In this document: piece by piece, positions 15,750 through 23,414 of the stretch
Position numbering within the stretch: position 1 is the first letter of the stretch
Layout of the letters: each line of letters opens with the position of its first letter
Assembly: GCA_035559535.1 (NCBI GenBank)
Contig: DATMBG010000029.1
Location: 62,001 to 85,414 of the forward strand
Source of the DNA: Candidatus Limnocylindrales bacterium
GTDB taxonomy: Bacteria > Moduliflexota > Moduliflexia > Moduliflexales > JAUQPW01
DNA: 23,414 nt
Direction: 5' to 3'
Translations under genes and position numbers: made by a program
The notes under the pieces: generated by a model
Seen by the model: the letters and a program-made list of their open reading frames with translations, nothing else
Told to the model about the DNA's origin: nothing
Database searches by the model: none

Positions 15750-16583
15750 TTATCTTCTCACTCCCTCCCATACCATTCCATAAAAAAAGTACCGCCGGGT
15801 TCTTTCCTCATAGATATCGAAAAAAGATTTTCCCTCCTTTTTCAATTGAGAGATGTGGGGAAAAATTTTTTCCAACTCGTGGTAGGTAAAAATTCTACGT
15901 TTCCAGGCCCTGAGAAACACCTCAAAATGTTGACTCAAGTCTTGGAGCACCTGGGGATTCGCAAGGGAGTGATAAAACAAATACAGGCGATTTCCTGGAT
16001 TCAACCTTTCGGAGGCTTGAAAAATCAACTTTCGCAAAAGCTCTGCCCCATCAAAACCTCCCTGGTAGGCTATAGAAAAAGTACCCGGGTTGGAAACCGG
16101 TTTTTGGGGTAAATTACTCAAGATTACATCAATGGACTCCGTTTTTGGAATGCTTTGTAAAAGATCTCCCTGGAAAAACAGAACGTCTGCCCGGTTTAAC
16201 TTTACATTCTCCCGGGCATATTTTAAGCACTTTTCATCTATATCCGTAGCCAGAACTCTTCTGGCCCCTAATCGATAACATAAGATGGATAAAAAACCGG
16301 TTCCACATCCTACCTCGCAAACCACCTGACCCTGGATCTTTTCTCGATCCTGGATCAAAACCCTGGCAATGGAAAAAGTTGCATGGTCGGCCCCTAACCC
16401 CAGCCGATCATCTCCCTGCTCCAGAATAGGTTCCAGACTCTCCAAAATGATTTCCCGCGGTCTCGGTCCTCCATAAACGAGGGAACTTTCCACAAAATCA
16501 GTGTGCTGGACGGCTCCTTCTGTATGGATATTTAACGATAACGTGCTCTGAAGGGTTTTTAAATAAACTGAAAAATCCCTCAT
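15750..16583 (-). CDS. Class I SAM-dependent methyltransferase (HemK/PrmA-like)
   Basis: VCEVGCGTG motif I, VLATDID, FQGDLL, DVILSNLPQ (NPPY-equivalent), GG.DG.ELL. Confidence 0.82.
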   Translation of the reverse strand: MRDFSVYLKTLQSTLSLNIHTEGAVQHTDFVESSLVYGGPRPREIILESLEPILEQGDDRLGLGADHATFSIARVLIQDREKIQGQVVCEVGCGTGFLSILCYRLGARRVLATDIDEKCLKYARENVKLNRADVLFFQGDLLQSIPKTESIDVILSNLPQKPVSNPGTFSIAYQGGFDGAELLRKLIFQASERLNPGNRLYLFYHSLANPQVLQDLSQHFEVFLRAWKRRIFTYHELEKIFPHISQLKKEGKSFFDIYEERTRRYFFYGMVWEGVRR

Positions 16584-16941
16584 CTGATCCTTTTAAAATA
16601 ATACCCCAGGCGGTCCCTGCTTTATACCACATTTCAATACCGACCTGGTATAATATAATACCCCAAGGATAGCCTCCTGGCAATTATGCAGTATTTTCAT
16701 AATGAAGTGGTGTGGTATGACCTTTTAGGGTAAAATTGAAATAAAGAGTTGATATATGATTTTATCAATGTACTTTATGTTTAAGCAGTCTTCTTTAAGA
16801 ATTACATTTTTCGAATTCAAGGGGTAAATAAACCCGAATATTAAATTTACAATACCGTAAAAGCAATCCAGATAGATAAAGGTTGCAGGCTTTCGGGTAA
16901 ATTTTACGGTAATGTGAGATTTTTTACTCTGAGGATCTCTT

Positions 16942-18231
16942 ATGAGTAATTCTTTACCCCATGTTGTTATTATTGGTGGCGGATTTGGTGGGCTTTATGC
17001 TGCTCGAGAGTTACGTCGTGCACCCGTACGAGTGACCGTAATTGACCGTCACAACCACCATCTTTTTCAGCCTTTACTATACGAGGTAGCGACGGCTGCT
17101 CTTTCTCCGGGTGAGATTGCCGAACCGATTCGCCATATTCTGCGTCGTCAGCATAATACCTGTGTACGGCTGGCAGAAGTCATCGGGATAGATGTGGCTG
17201 CACGTCGGGTAAAGCTCTCCAATCATGAGGAGATTCCTTACGATTATCTTATTGTAGCCACCGGTGCTACCCATTCTTATTTTGGTCACAACGAATGGGC
17301 TGAGATAGCGCCGGGATTAAAGACCCTTGAGGATGCCATTGAAATTCGGCGTCGCTTCTTATTGGCCTTTGAAAAAGCAGAATGGGAGTCAGACCCAAAG
17401 CGACGGCGAGCGCTTCTCACCTTCGTCATCATTGGAGGGGGCCCAACGGGTGTTGAACTTGCCGGTACTATGTCAGAGGTAGCCCGACGCATGTTGGTAA
17501 AGGATTTTAAACATCTCGATGCCGACAGTATTCGTGTGATACTCCTGGAAGGTTTACCTCGGGTACTCCCTGCATATCCAGAAAACCTGTCTGAGAGTGC
17601 CAAGAAGCAGTTGGAAAAGTTGGGGGTTGAAGTCCGGGTTAATACCAGGGTTACGGGTATCGAACCGGGTGCCGTCCTTATCGGTCAAGAGCGAATTGAA
17701 ACGGAGAATATATTCTGGGCGGCCGGGGTGGCAGCTTCGCCACTTGGTGCGACTCTGGGTGTTCCCTTAGACAGAAACGGACGGGTGGAGGTAAAAGTTG
17801 ATCTGTCTATTGAAAATCATCCGGAAGTGTTCGTCATTGGGGATCTTGCGGCCGTTACCGATGCCGAAGGTAAAAAGGTTCCAGGTGTTGCCCCTGCAGC
17901 TATCCAGATGGGGCGCCATGCGGCTAAAAATATTCAAGCAGATCTTAAAGGACTCCCTCGGAAACCCTTCATTTATAAAGATAGAGGTAAGCTTGCAACC
18001 ATTGGCCGTGCGGCTGCCGTTGCCGATCTGGGTCGGTTTCAATTCTCGGGATTGTTTGCCTGGTTGGCCTGGCTCATTGTCCATATTTACTTTCTTATCG
18101 GTTTCGATAATCGTCTTCTTGTACTCTTCCAATGGGCCTGGGCCTACCTGGGCTTTAACCGTAGCACAAGACTGATTACCTACTACGAAACTCAGTATGA
18201 GCCCTCCCCAAAACCACAAAAAATCATTTAG
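16942..18231 (+). CDS. ndh: Type II NADH:quinone oxidoreductase
   Basis: VVIIGGGFGGL, HLFQPLLYEVAT, GGGPTGVELAG, WAAGV, VFVIGD, APAAIQMG, G.LATIGR, WL.VHIYFLIG. Confidence 0.93.
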   Translation: MSNSLPHVVIIGGGFGGLYAARELRRAPVRVTVIDRHNHHLFQPLLYEVATAALSPGEIAEPIRHILRRQHNTCVRLAEVIGIDVAARRVKLSNHEEIPYDYLIVATGATHSYFGHNEWAEIAPGLKTLEDAIEIRRRFLLAFEKAEWESDPKRRRALLTFVIIGGGPTGVELAGTMSEVARRMLVKDFKHLDADSIRVILLEGLPRVLPAYPENLSESAKKQLEKLGVEVRVNTRVTGIEPGAVLIGQERIETENIFWAAGVAASPLGATLGVPLDRNGRVEVKVDLSIENHPEVFVIGDLAAVTDAEGKKVPGVAPAAIQMGRHAAKNIQADLKGLPRKPFIYKDRGKLATIGRAAAVADLGRFQFSGLFAWLAWLIVHIYFLIGFDNRLLVLFQWAWAYLGFNRSTRLITYYETQYEPSPKPQKII

Positions 18232-18341
18232 GGCCTCAGGTAGACCGGATCCGGTCCCTGGCCGGAAGTAGGGGGAGGGGGTGGTCGGCTTTACCCGATA
18301 TTTTTAGGACAGACCTTTGGTACCTTAAAAACTAGAAGGGA

Positions 18342-19535
18342 GTGAAGTTTATGGAAGCATTATCCAAAACACCTATCTTACCCCAAGATGAACTAGAAAT
18401 CCTAATGCAGAAGCATGAGGGACCTTGTATCTCAATTTTTATGCCTGCTTATCGGACGGAGGTCCAGCAGAATACCATTCGATTTAAGAATATGCTTCGG
18501 AAGGCCGAGGAACTTCTTAATGCGAGGGGTTGGCGAGAATCCGAAACAAAGGAGCTGTTGGGCCCGGCCCAGGGATTATTGAAGGATAGCTATTTTTGGC
18601 AACATCAACGGGATGGCCTGGCGGTATTCTGCTCCTCGGAGCTTTTTCGTTATTACCCTCTCCCAACTCGATTTGAGGAATTGGTAGTCGTTGCAGATCG
18701 CTTTCACGTTAAACCGCTCCTTTCGTTATTTAACGGAGATGGACAATTCTATGTCCTTGCCCTCAGCCAAAAAGATGTTCGATTACTTAAGGGTTCTCGC
18801 TATAGTGTTACAGAAGTCGATTTAGAGGGAGTACCCAAGAGCCTTGCCGAGGCCCTCCAATATGATGATTACAGCAAGTTAACCCACTTTTATCCAGGTT
18901 CCCAGGGCAGGTCCAGTGGTAAGATAACTCCGCTTTCAGGCCATGGAGTTGGCGGGGATGATGATAAGCGGGAGCCCCGGGATGAAATCCGCCGTTATTT
19001 TCTCCAGATCGACGCAGGGCTCCATGATCTGCTTCGGGAAGAACGAGCACCACTGGTTTTAGCCGGGGTTGAGTATCTTCTACCCATTTATAGGGAAGTA
19101 AGTACCTATCCCCATTTGATGGAGGAAGGTATAACCGGGAATCCAGAAGGATTACATGCAGAAGAACTCCATGAACGGGCCTGGACCCTCGTCCAACCCT
19201 ATTTTCAGAAGGCTTTCAACGCAGCAGCCGCCCAGTACCGACAATTTGCAGGTACCCCACGCGCTTCCCATGATATTCATGTGATTCTCCCGGCCGCTTA
19301 TTACGGTCGAGTCGACTTTCTGTTTGTTGCCACAAATGTCCAGCAATGGGGTACCTTTGATCCGAATACCCATACCGTTCAGTTACACTCTAATCCGGAA
19401 CCCGGCGATGAAGATCTATTGGATTTAGCAGCCGTTCAAACCTTCCTGCACGGAGGAAGGGTATATGCCGTCTCCCGGGAAGAGATCCCCGATGACCACC
19501 ATCATGGACCCCTGGCTGCCGTATTTCGCTATTAA
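18342..19535 (+). CDS. Bacterial archaeo-eukaryotic release factor-like protein (baeRF3/baeRF7 type)
   Basis: PCISIFMP, IRFKN.L..AE, GLAVF, F.VKPLL, FYVLALSQ, PLVLAGVEYL.PIY, A..GRVD.LF, DLLD.AA.QT..HGG.VY, AVFRY. The start may be GTG 18342 or ATG 18351. Confidence 0.8.
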   Translation: MKFMEALSKTPILPQDELEILMQKHEGPCISIFMPAYRTEVQQNTIRFKNMLRKAEELLNARGWRESETKELLGPAQGLLKDSYFWQHQRDGLAVFCSSELFRYYPLPTRFEELVVVADRFHVKPLLSLFNGDGQFYVLALSQKDVRLLKGSRYSVTEVDLEGVPKSLAEALQYDDYSKLTHFYPGSQGRSSGKITPLSGHGVGGDDDKREPRDEIRRYFLQIDAGLHDLLREERAPLVLAGVEYLLPIYREVSTYPHLMEEGITGNPEGLHAEELHERAWTLVQPYFQKAFNAAAAQYRQFAGTPRASHDIHVILPAAYYGRVDFLFVATNVQQWGTFDPNTHTVQLHSNPEPGDEDLLDLAAVQTFLHGGRVYAVSREEIPDDHHHGPLAAVFRY

Positions 19536-19551
19536 AGGATTTAAGTCGGAC

Positions 19552-19604
19552 ATAGCTCGAAAGGCCGGTCGCCCAGGATCTGGAGAGCCGGCCTTTCGAG
19601 CTAT
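19552..19604. terminator. Long hairpin between convergent genes (likely bidirectional terminator or repeat)
   Basis: Perfect 17-bp inverted repeat ATAGCTCGAAAGGCCGG (19552-19568) / CCGGCCTTTCGAGCTAT (19588-19604), with an inner CCAG-GAT-CTGG. No poly-U tail. Confidence 0.6.
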
Positions 19605-19609
19605 AGGGG

Positions 19610-20500
19610 TTATCTCTTACCCAGAGAAATGTAAATTCCCATCAGGATACAGCTTCCGCCTAAAACTTCTATCCAAGTTGGAACCTCTTTTAATAAAAGA
19701 TAGGCTAATAGGGAAGCACCGACAGGCTCTCCCAGAATACTTACCGAAACCACAGGGGCCGGGAGATATTTTAAGGACCAGTTAAAGGAAGAATGACCGA
19801 TAATGGTCGGAATAAGGGCCAGAAGCAGGAATAGAAAATAGGTTTTCAAAGAATATCCCCGTAAAGGAAGGTTAAGCCATACGCTTAGAAAAATTAAGAG
19901 GAGTGCAGAAGTTGTGTAGACAAGAAAAATATAAGTTAACAAGGAGAGTTGCTGCCTCAGTTTCCTTCCAAGCAGGAGATAGAAGGCCATCATTCCTGCA
20001 CCGGCCAGGGCCAGGAAATCACCCCATAACCCGCCTTTTCCTGTAGAGTATCCCCCTGTACTTATCAAGATTCCACCTCCCAGGGTCATAACGATGCCCA
20101 CAACTAACCGCCGAGAAACCCGCTCTTTCAAAATAAAATGGGAAATTATCCCAACAAAAATAGGACTGGTTGTAACCAATACCACGGATCTGGTGATGGA
20201 AGTATATTGTAGGGAGGTAATCCAGAGGGCAAAATGTAACCCTAAGAAAAATCCGGATAATAGAGAGAGAAGAACTTGCTCGAAGGATAACCGGTTTAAC
20301 TCCTTAAAACGGGTTATAAGGGTAACAGGTAGTAAAATGATAGCGGCCAACCCCATTCGATATCCCGCAATAATTAAAGGAGGAACTTGTGAAGGAGGAA
20401 TTTGAACAAGTCGAATTAATATGGCTGCAAAGGAAACGCTGACAATTCCCAAAAACAAACTCAGGTAAAGTTTTAATGGTGAGGGCCTCTGTTGCGTCAT
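19610..20500 (-). CDS. DMT/EamA family transporter
   Basis: About 10 TM segments in two EamA repeats; HFALWITSL.YTS, GDFLAL.GA, GHSSFNW.L, LGEPVGA. Confidence 0.93.
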   Translation of the reverse strand: MTQQRPSPLKLYLSLFLGIVSVSFAAILIRLVQIPPSQVPPLIIAGYRMGLAAIILLPVTLITRFKELNRLSFEQVLLSLLSGFFLGLHFALWITSLQYTSITRSVVLVTTSPIFVGIISHFILKERVSRRLVVGIVMTLGGGILISTGGYSTGKGGLWGDFLALAGAGMMAFYLLLGRKLRQQLSLLTYIFLVYTTSALLLIFLSVWLNLPLRGYSLKTYFLFLLLALIPTIIGHSSFNWSLKYLPAPVVSVSILGEPVGASLLAYLLLKEVPTWIEVLGGSCILMGIYISLGKR

Positions 20501-20567
20501 GGAATACCCTAAGTAAATCGAACAAGTTGATGAAAGTCAAGAAATTTAATAAGATATTCTTTCGTTC

Positions 20568-20596
20568 TTGACACTCAACAGGAAGTTTGATAGGGT
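20568..20596 (+). promoter_or_regulatory. Putative sigma70 promoter (extended -10) for the Crp/Fnr gene
   Basis: TTGACA 20568-20573, 17-nt spacer, TG-A-TAGGGT (-10 at 20591-20596). Confidence 0.55.
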
Positions 20597-20613
20597 GACC
20601 CTCAGATTTGCTT

Positions 20614-21312
20614 ATGAAGGAACAACCGGAAAAAACCCTAAAGATAAAAGAGTTTTTAAAACAAGTTCCTCTTTTTACGGATCTGGAAGATGAGGAGATT
20701 GATCTGATCTACCAGGTTTCGCGGATTGTACACTATCCTCCGGACACCCTTATTCTTAGTGAAGATGAACCGGGTAATAGACTCTATGTCATCCTGACCG
20801 GAAGGGTCAAAATCGCCCTGTGGGGAGAAGAGGGGCAGGAAATCATTCTTTCAGTTTTAAAACAGGGAGAGTTTTTTGGAGAAATGTCCCTTTTGGATGA
20901 AGAACCCCGATCTGCCAATGTGGTTACCCTGGAAGATACCGAAACCATTAGCATCCAACGAAAAGATTTTACCGCTCAGATGAAAAAACACCCCGGGATA
21001 CTTTTGAAAGTCGCCAGGGAACTTTGTAGAAGGTTACGAAATGCAGATAAAAAGATAGGAGATCTGGCCTTTCTCCAGGTGTATGGACGTGTTGCTCAGC
21101 TACTTATGCAACTTGCAAGCTCCCAGGGGATCGTGACCAAATATGGAATCCTCATCCCCAATATGCCAACTCATCGGGAAATAGCAGCCAATTTGGGAAG
21201 TTCTCGGGAGGCGGTGTCTCGAGTTTTGAGTGACATGAAAAAAAGAGGTCAAATTTCTACGTCAGGTCGGCAACTCATCCTCCATGAAAAACTCATGGAC
21301 ACTCTGGATTAA
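20614..21312 (+). CDS. Crp/Fnr family transcriptional regulator (cNMP-binding)
   Basis: LYVILTGRVKI, GEFFGEMSLLD..PRSANV cNMP cassette and HTH TH.EIA..LGSSREAVSR. No Cys cluster. ATG 20614 (alternative TTG 20608). Confidence 0.95.
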   Translation: MKEQPEKTLKIKEFLKQVPLFTDLEDEEIDLIYQVSRIVHYPPDTLILSEDEPGNRLYVILTGRVKIALWGEEGQEIILSVLKQGEFFGEMSLLDEEPRSANVVTLEDTETISIQRKDFTAQMKKHPGILLKVARELCRRLRNADKKIGDLAFLQVYGRVAQLLMQLASSQGIVTKYGILIPNMPTHREIAANLGSSREAVSRVLSDMKKRGQISTSGRQLILHEKLMDTLD

Positions 21313-21672
21313 TCTTTCAACCTATTTCTCCTTTCTTTTACGAGCTTTTAACCCTTCCTTTCTGGCAACAGTTTTGCTGAATAAAAAAACTTATACTCCC
21401 TTTACCTTTTTTAAACATCACCTTTTGTCGTCATAAACCCCAGGGGGGGTTGGTGTTGTTGGGTTAACAAAACTTAAGATCAAATTTTTAATTGTTGAGA
21501 GAGCTATTTCGTCTAAATTTTAGACATATTTAAAATATATTCTTCTGAAAGCCAGATTTTTACAGATCTGATAGGGACTTTAAACCAAATATCCTGAACC
21601 TCACTAAAATAAACCGTTAAACTGGTTTGACAGAAATTGTCCATGGTTAGAAGGAAAATTGTCACTTTTTGA

Positions 21673-22557
21673 TTGTTATTTTTACCTACTTATCCAGTGT
21701 GTAGAATTTACTTAAAAAAAATCTATCAATCCAGGCCAATTCTTTTAGGGGTTGTAGGGTTTCTTTTAGGAGTCGTAACAGGGGTAACAGGGTTTTTAAA
21801 ACCAGACTCGGTAGAAAGATATTCGCTCCCCCATCCCACGATTTCTGTAACGATCTTCATGGTGATTTGCTTCCTCTATGCGCTTATGGCCGGGTTGATT
21901 CATGGTCATAGTCGCCTGAAGCAGGTTTCGGCAAAAGTCTTAAAGGCTCAGGAAGAGGAGAGAAGGAGGCTTTCCAGGGAGCTTCATGATGGTATAGGAC
22001 AATCCATGCTGGCTATTAAATTAAATCTTCAAATGATGGAAGAGAAGGTGAAGAAGGGGATTCCCATCGGGCGAGAGTCCCTGCAAGAGCTTATTCTGGA
22101 GATTTCTAATTCCATTGAAGAAATACGGCAGGTAGCTATGGACCTGAGACCTTCCATTTTAGAACACATAGATCTGATCAGTGCCCTGGAATGGTATGGA
22201 AAAAAATTTCAGGCAAAGTCAGGTATACAGGTAAAGATCTACGCCGAGGGTCCTATAGAAACTTCTCTTATGGTGAAAGACAATTTGTATCGGATTTATC
22301 AAGAAGCCCTTAGTAATATCCTTAAACATGCAAAGGCCAGTTTGGTAGAAACCACCCTTCAAGTCCGGGGGAAGATTTTATCTTTAAAGATTACAGATGA
22401 TGGGAAAGGTTTTGAGGTGACCCGTTTACCGGGAACCCATCAAGGACTCGGGCTTTCTACGATCCAGGAGCGAACCGAACTTTTAGGGGGGATTTTTAAG
22501 GTAATGAGTTCAAAGGGGAAAGGGACGATGCTTTACCTTGAAATACCCTTTACCTAA
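21673..22557 (+). CDS. Sensor histidine kinase, HisKA_3 (NarX/UhpB type)
   Basis: Two TM helices, AQEEERRRLSRELHDGIGQ H-box, LRPSIL, QEALSNILKHA, DDGKGF, GLGL...ER...LGG. Start codon uncertain. Confidence 0.92.
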   Translation: MLFLPTYPVCRIYLKKIYQSRPILLGVVGFLLGVVTGVTGFLKPDSVERYSLPHPTISVTIFMVICFLYALMAGLIHGHSRLKQVSAKVLKAQEEERRRLSRELHDGIGQSMLAIKLNLQMMEEKVKKGIPIGRESLQELILEISNSIEEIRQVAMDLRPSILEHIDLISALEWYGKKFQAKSGIQVKIYAEGPIETSLMVKDNLYRIYQEALSNILKHAKASLVETTLQVRGKILSLKITDDGKGFEVTRLPGTHQGLGLSTIQERTELLGGIFKVMSSKGKGTMLYLEIPFT

Positions 22558-22585
22558 ACTCGTACGTGTTCAGGGGGTACCTTCT

Positions 22586-23221
22586 ATGATTCGTGTTATT
22601 GTTGCCGATGATCATACCCTTTTCCGGCAAGGGTTGGTAGAACTACTTCATTCTACCAAGAGTGTGACGGTAATCGGAGAGGCCCGAAATGGCTCAGAAG
22701 CCTTAAATTTGATAACCCATATGCAACCTGACGTAGCCATCCTGGACATCTCGATGCCGAATCCCAATGGAATTGAGATTGCCAGGGAAGTCCATCGAGG
22801 GAATTTAAACACTAAAATCATCCTTCTCACCATGCACAAAGACCCTATTCTCCTCTCCCAGGCTTTAGACACCTGTGCTTCCGGTTATCTCCTTAAAGAT
22901 AATACCTTGGAGGATCTGATCTATGCTCTAAAAGCCGTTACTTCCGGGGGAAGGTTTATCAGTCCTTCTTTAGCCGAAAACATTTTAAAAATCCAACAAG
23001 CCCCAAATATGACGCTGACCCAACGAGAACGAGAGGTTCTAAAATGGATTGCCTGGGGCTGCTCAAATAAGCAGATAGCTACCAAGCTCTTTATCAGCGT
23101 TAAGACCGTTGAGACCCACCGAACGAGAATCATGCAAAAACTTAACCTTCACAATACGGCAGATCTGGTTCGGTATGCTATACAATCAGGGTTGATAGGG
23201 TCTTATACTTTGTTCTGGTAA
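22586..23221 (+). CDS. NarL/FixJ family response regulator (REC plus LuxR HTH)
   Basis: MIRVIVADDH, PDVAILDISMP, LTMH, GYLLK, LTQREREVL...G.SNKQIA..LFISVKTVETHR. ATG 22586 is preferred over the 22538 start. Confidence 0.95.
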   Translation: MIRVIVADDHTLFRQGLVELLHSTKSVTVIGEARNGSEALNLITHMQPDVAILDISMPNPNGIEIAREVHRGNLNTKIILLTMHKDPILLSQALDTCASGYLLKDNTLEDLIYALKAVTSGGRFISPSLAENILKIQQAPNMTLTQREREVLKWIAWGCSNKQIATKLFISVKTVETHRTRIMQKLNLHNTADLVRYAIQSGLIGSYTLFW

Positions 23222-23341
23222 TAAAAAGCGATCATTACCAGGTGTGGCCGCGATGAAACCACCCTCTGAGGTGAGAGAAACGGCCTCGTTCCTATCTTCC
23301 CATACAAGGGCCTCCCGGAAGTATCCTTGTAACTCTCTTCC

Positions 23342-23414
23342 CTCACCCCCGGCCCCTCTCCCCTCACCCCTTGTCCTCCTCTCCTGTGTAGGGGCGGGAG
23401 GCCTCCCGCCCCTA
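23342..23414. repeat. Cluster of REP-like elements at the right edge
   Basis: CTCACCCCCGGCCCCTCTCCC (23342-23362) is identical to 3880-3900. A perfect 26-nt palindrome TAGGGGCGGGAGGCCTCCCGCCCCTA (23389-23414) is preceded by G, giving GTAG. Confidence 0.75.

Noticed and set aside
16749-16768. FNR box upstream of ndh (TTGAT...ATCAA)
   Set aside because: The half-sites are 10 nt apart rather than 4.
16912-16929. Rex operator upstream of ndh
   Set aside because: ATGTGAGATTTTTTACTC has about 5 mismatches to TTGTGAA-N4-TTCACAA; too weak to call.
23246-23285. Hammerhead ribozyme (GATGA...GAAAC)
   Set aside because: It lacks the full CUGANGA core and has no stem I or NUH cleavage triplet in the right topology.
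1-23414. tRNA-Sec, selA/selB, CRISPR array, transposase
   Set aside because: None recognised by eye in this window; the Sec machinery must be encoded elsewhere if the selenoprotein calls are right.

Overview
Mid-GC bacterial chromosomal window with about 21 protein-coding genes, mostly housekeeping or metabolic. I recognised no rRNA, tRNA, CRISPR array or transposase. The main result is two genes that the ORF track breaks at an in-frame TGA and that are most likely selenoproteins. One is selenophosphate synthetase SelD (ATG at 14644, motif C-G-G-U-A-A-K). The other is a DsrE-family protein (2420..2782, motif U-G-A-C). Each TGA is followed by a SECIS-like hairpin whose G-initiated 3-nt loop starts 19-20 nt downstream. 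The intergenic DNA carries a 129-bp MITE-like element with 23-bp terminal inverted repeats, a further near-identical copy of its end 3 kb away, REP-like palindromes, inverted heptamer arrays and several odd-centred palindromes near promoters. The other genes are: partial YifB/ComM, cytochrome c, pdxH, DapA-like aldolase, PrcB-C protein, acyl-CoA ligase, RNase Z-like hydrolase, CocE/NonD, a 4-TM protein, FmdB-type zinc ribbon, a helical-repeat protein, RodZ-like protein, AMMECR1/AmrA, CpsB phosphatase, SAM methyltransferase, NDH-2, baeRF, EamA, Crp/Fnr and a NarX/NarL-type two-component pair. All family calls come from motif recognition by eye; no database searches were run.
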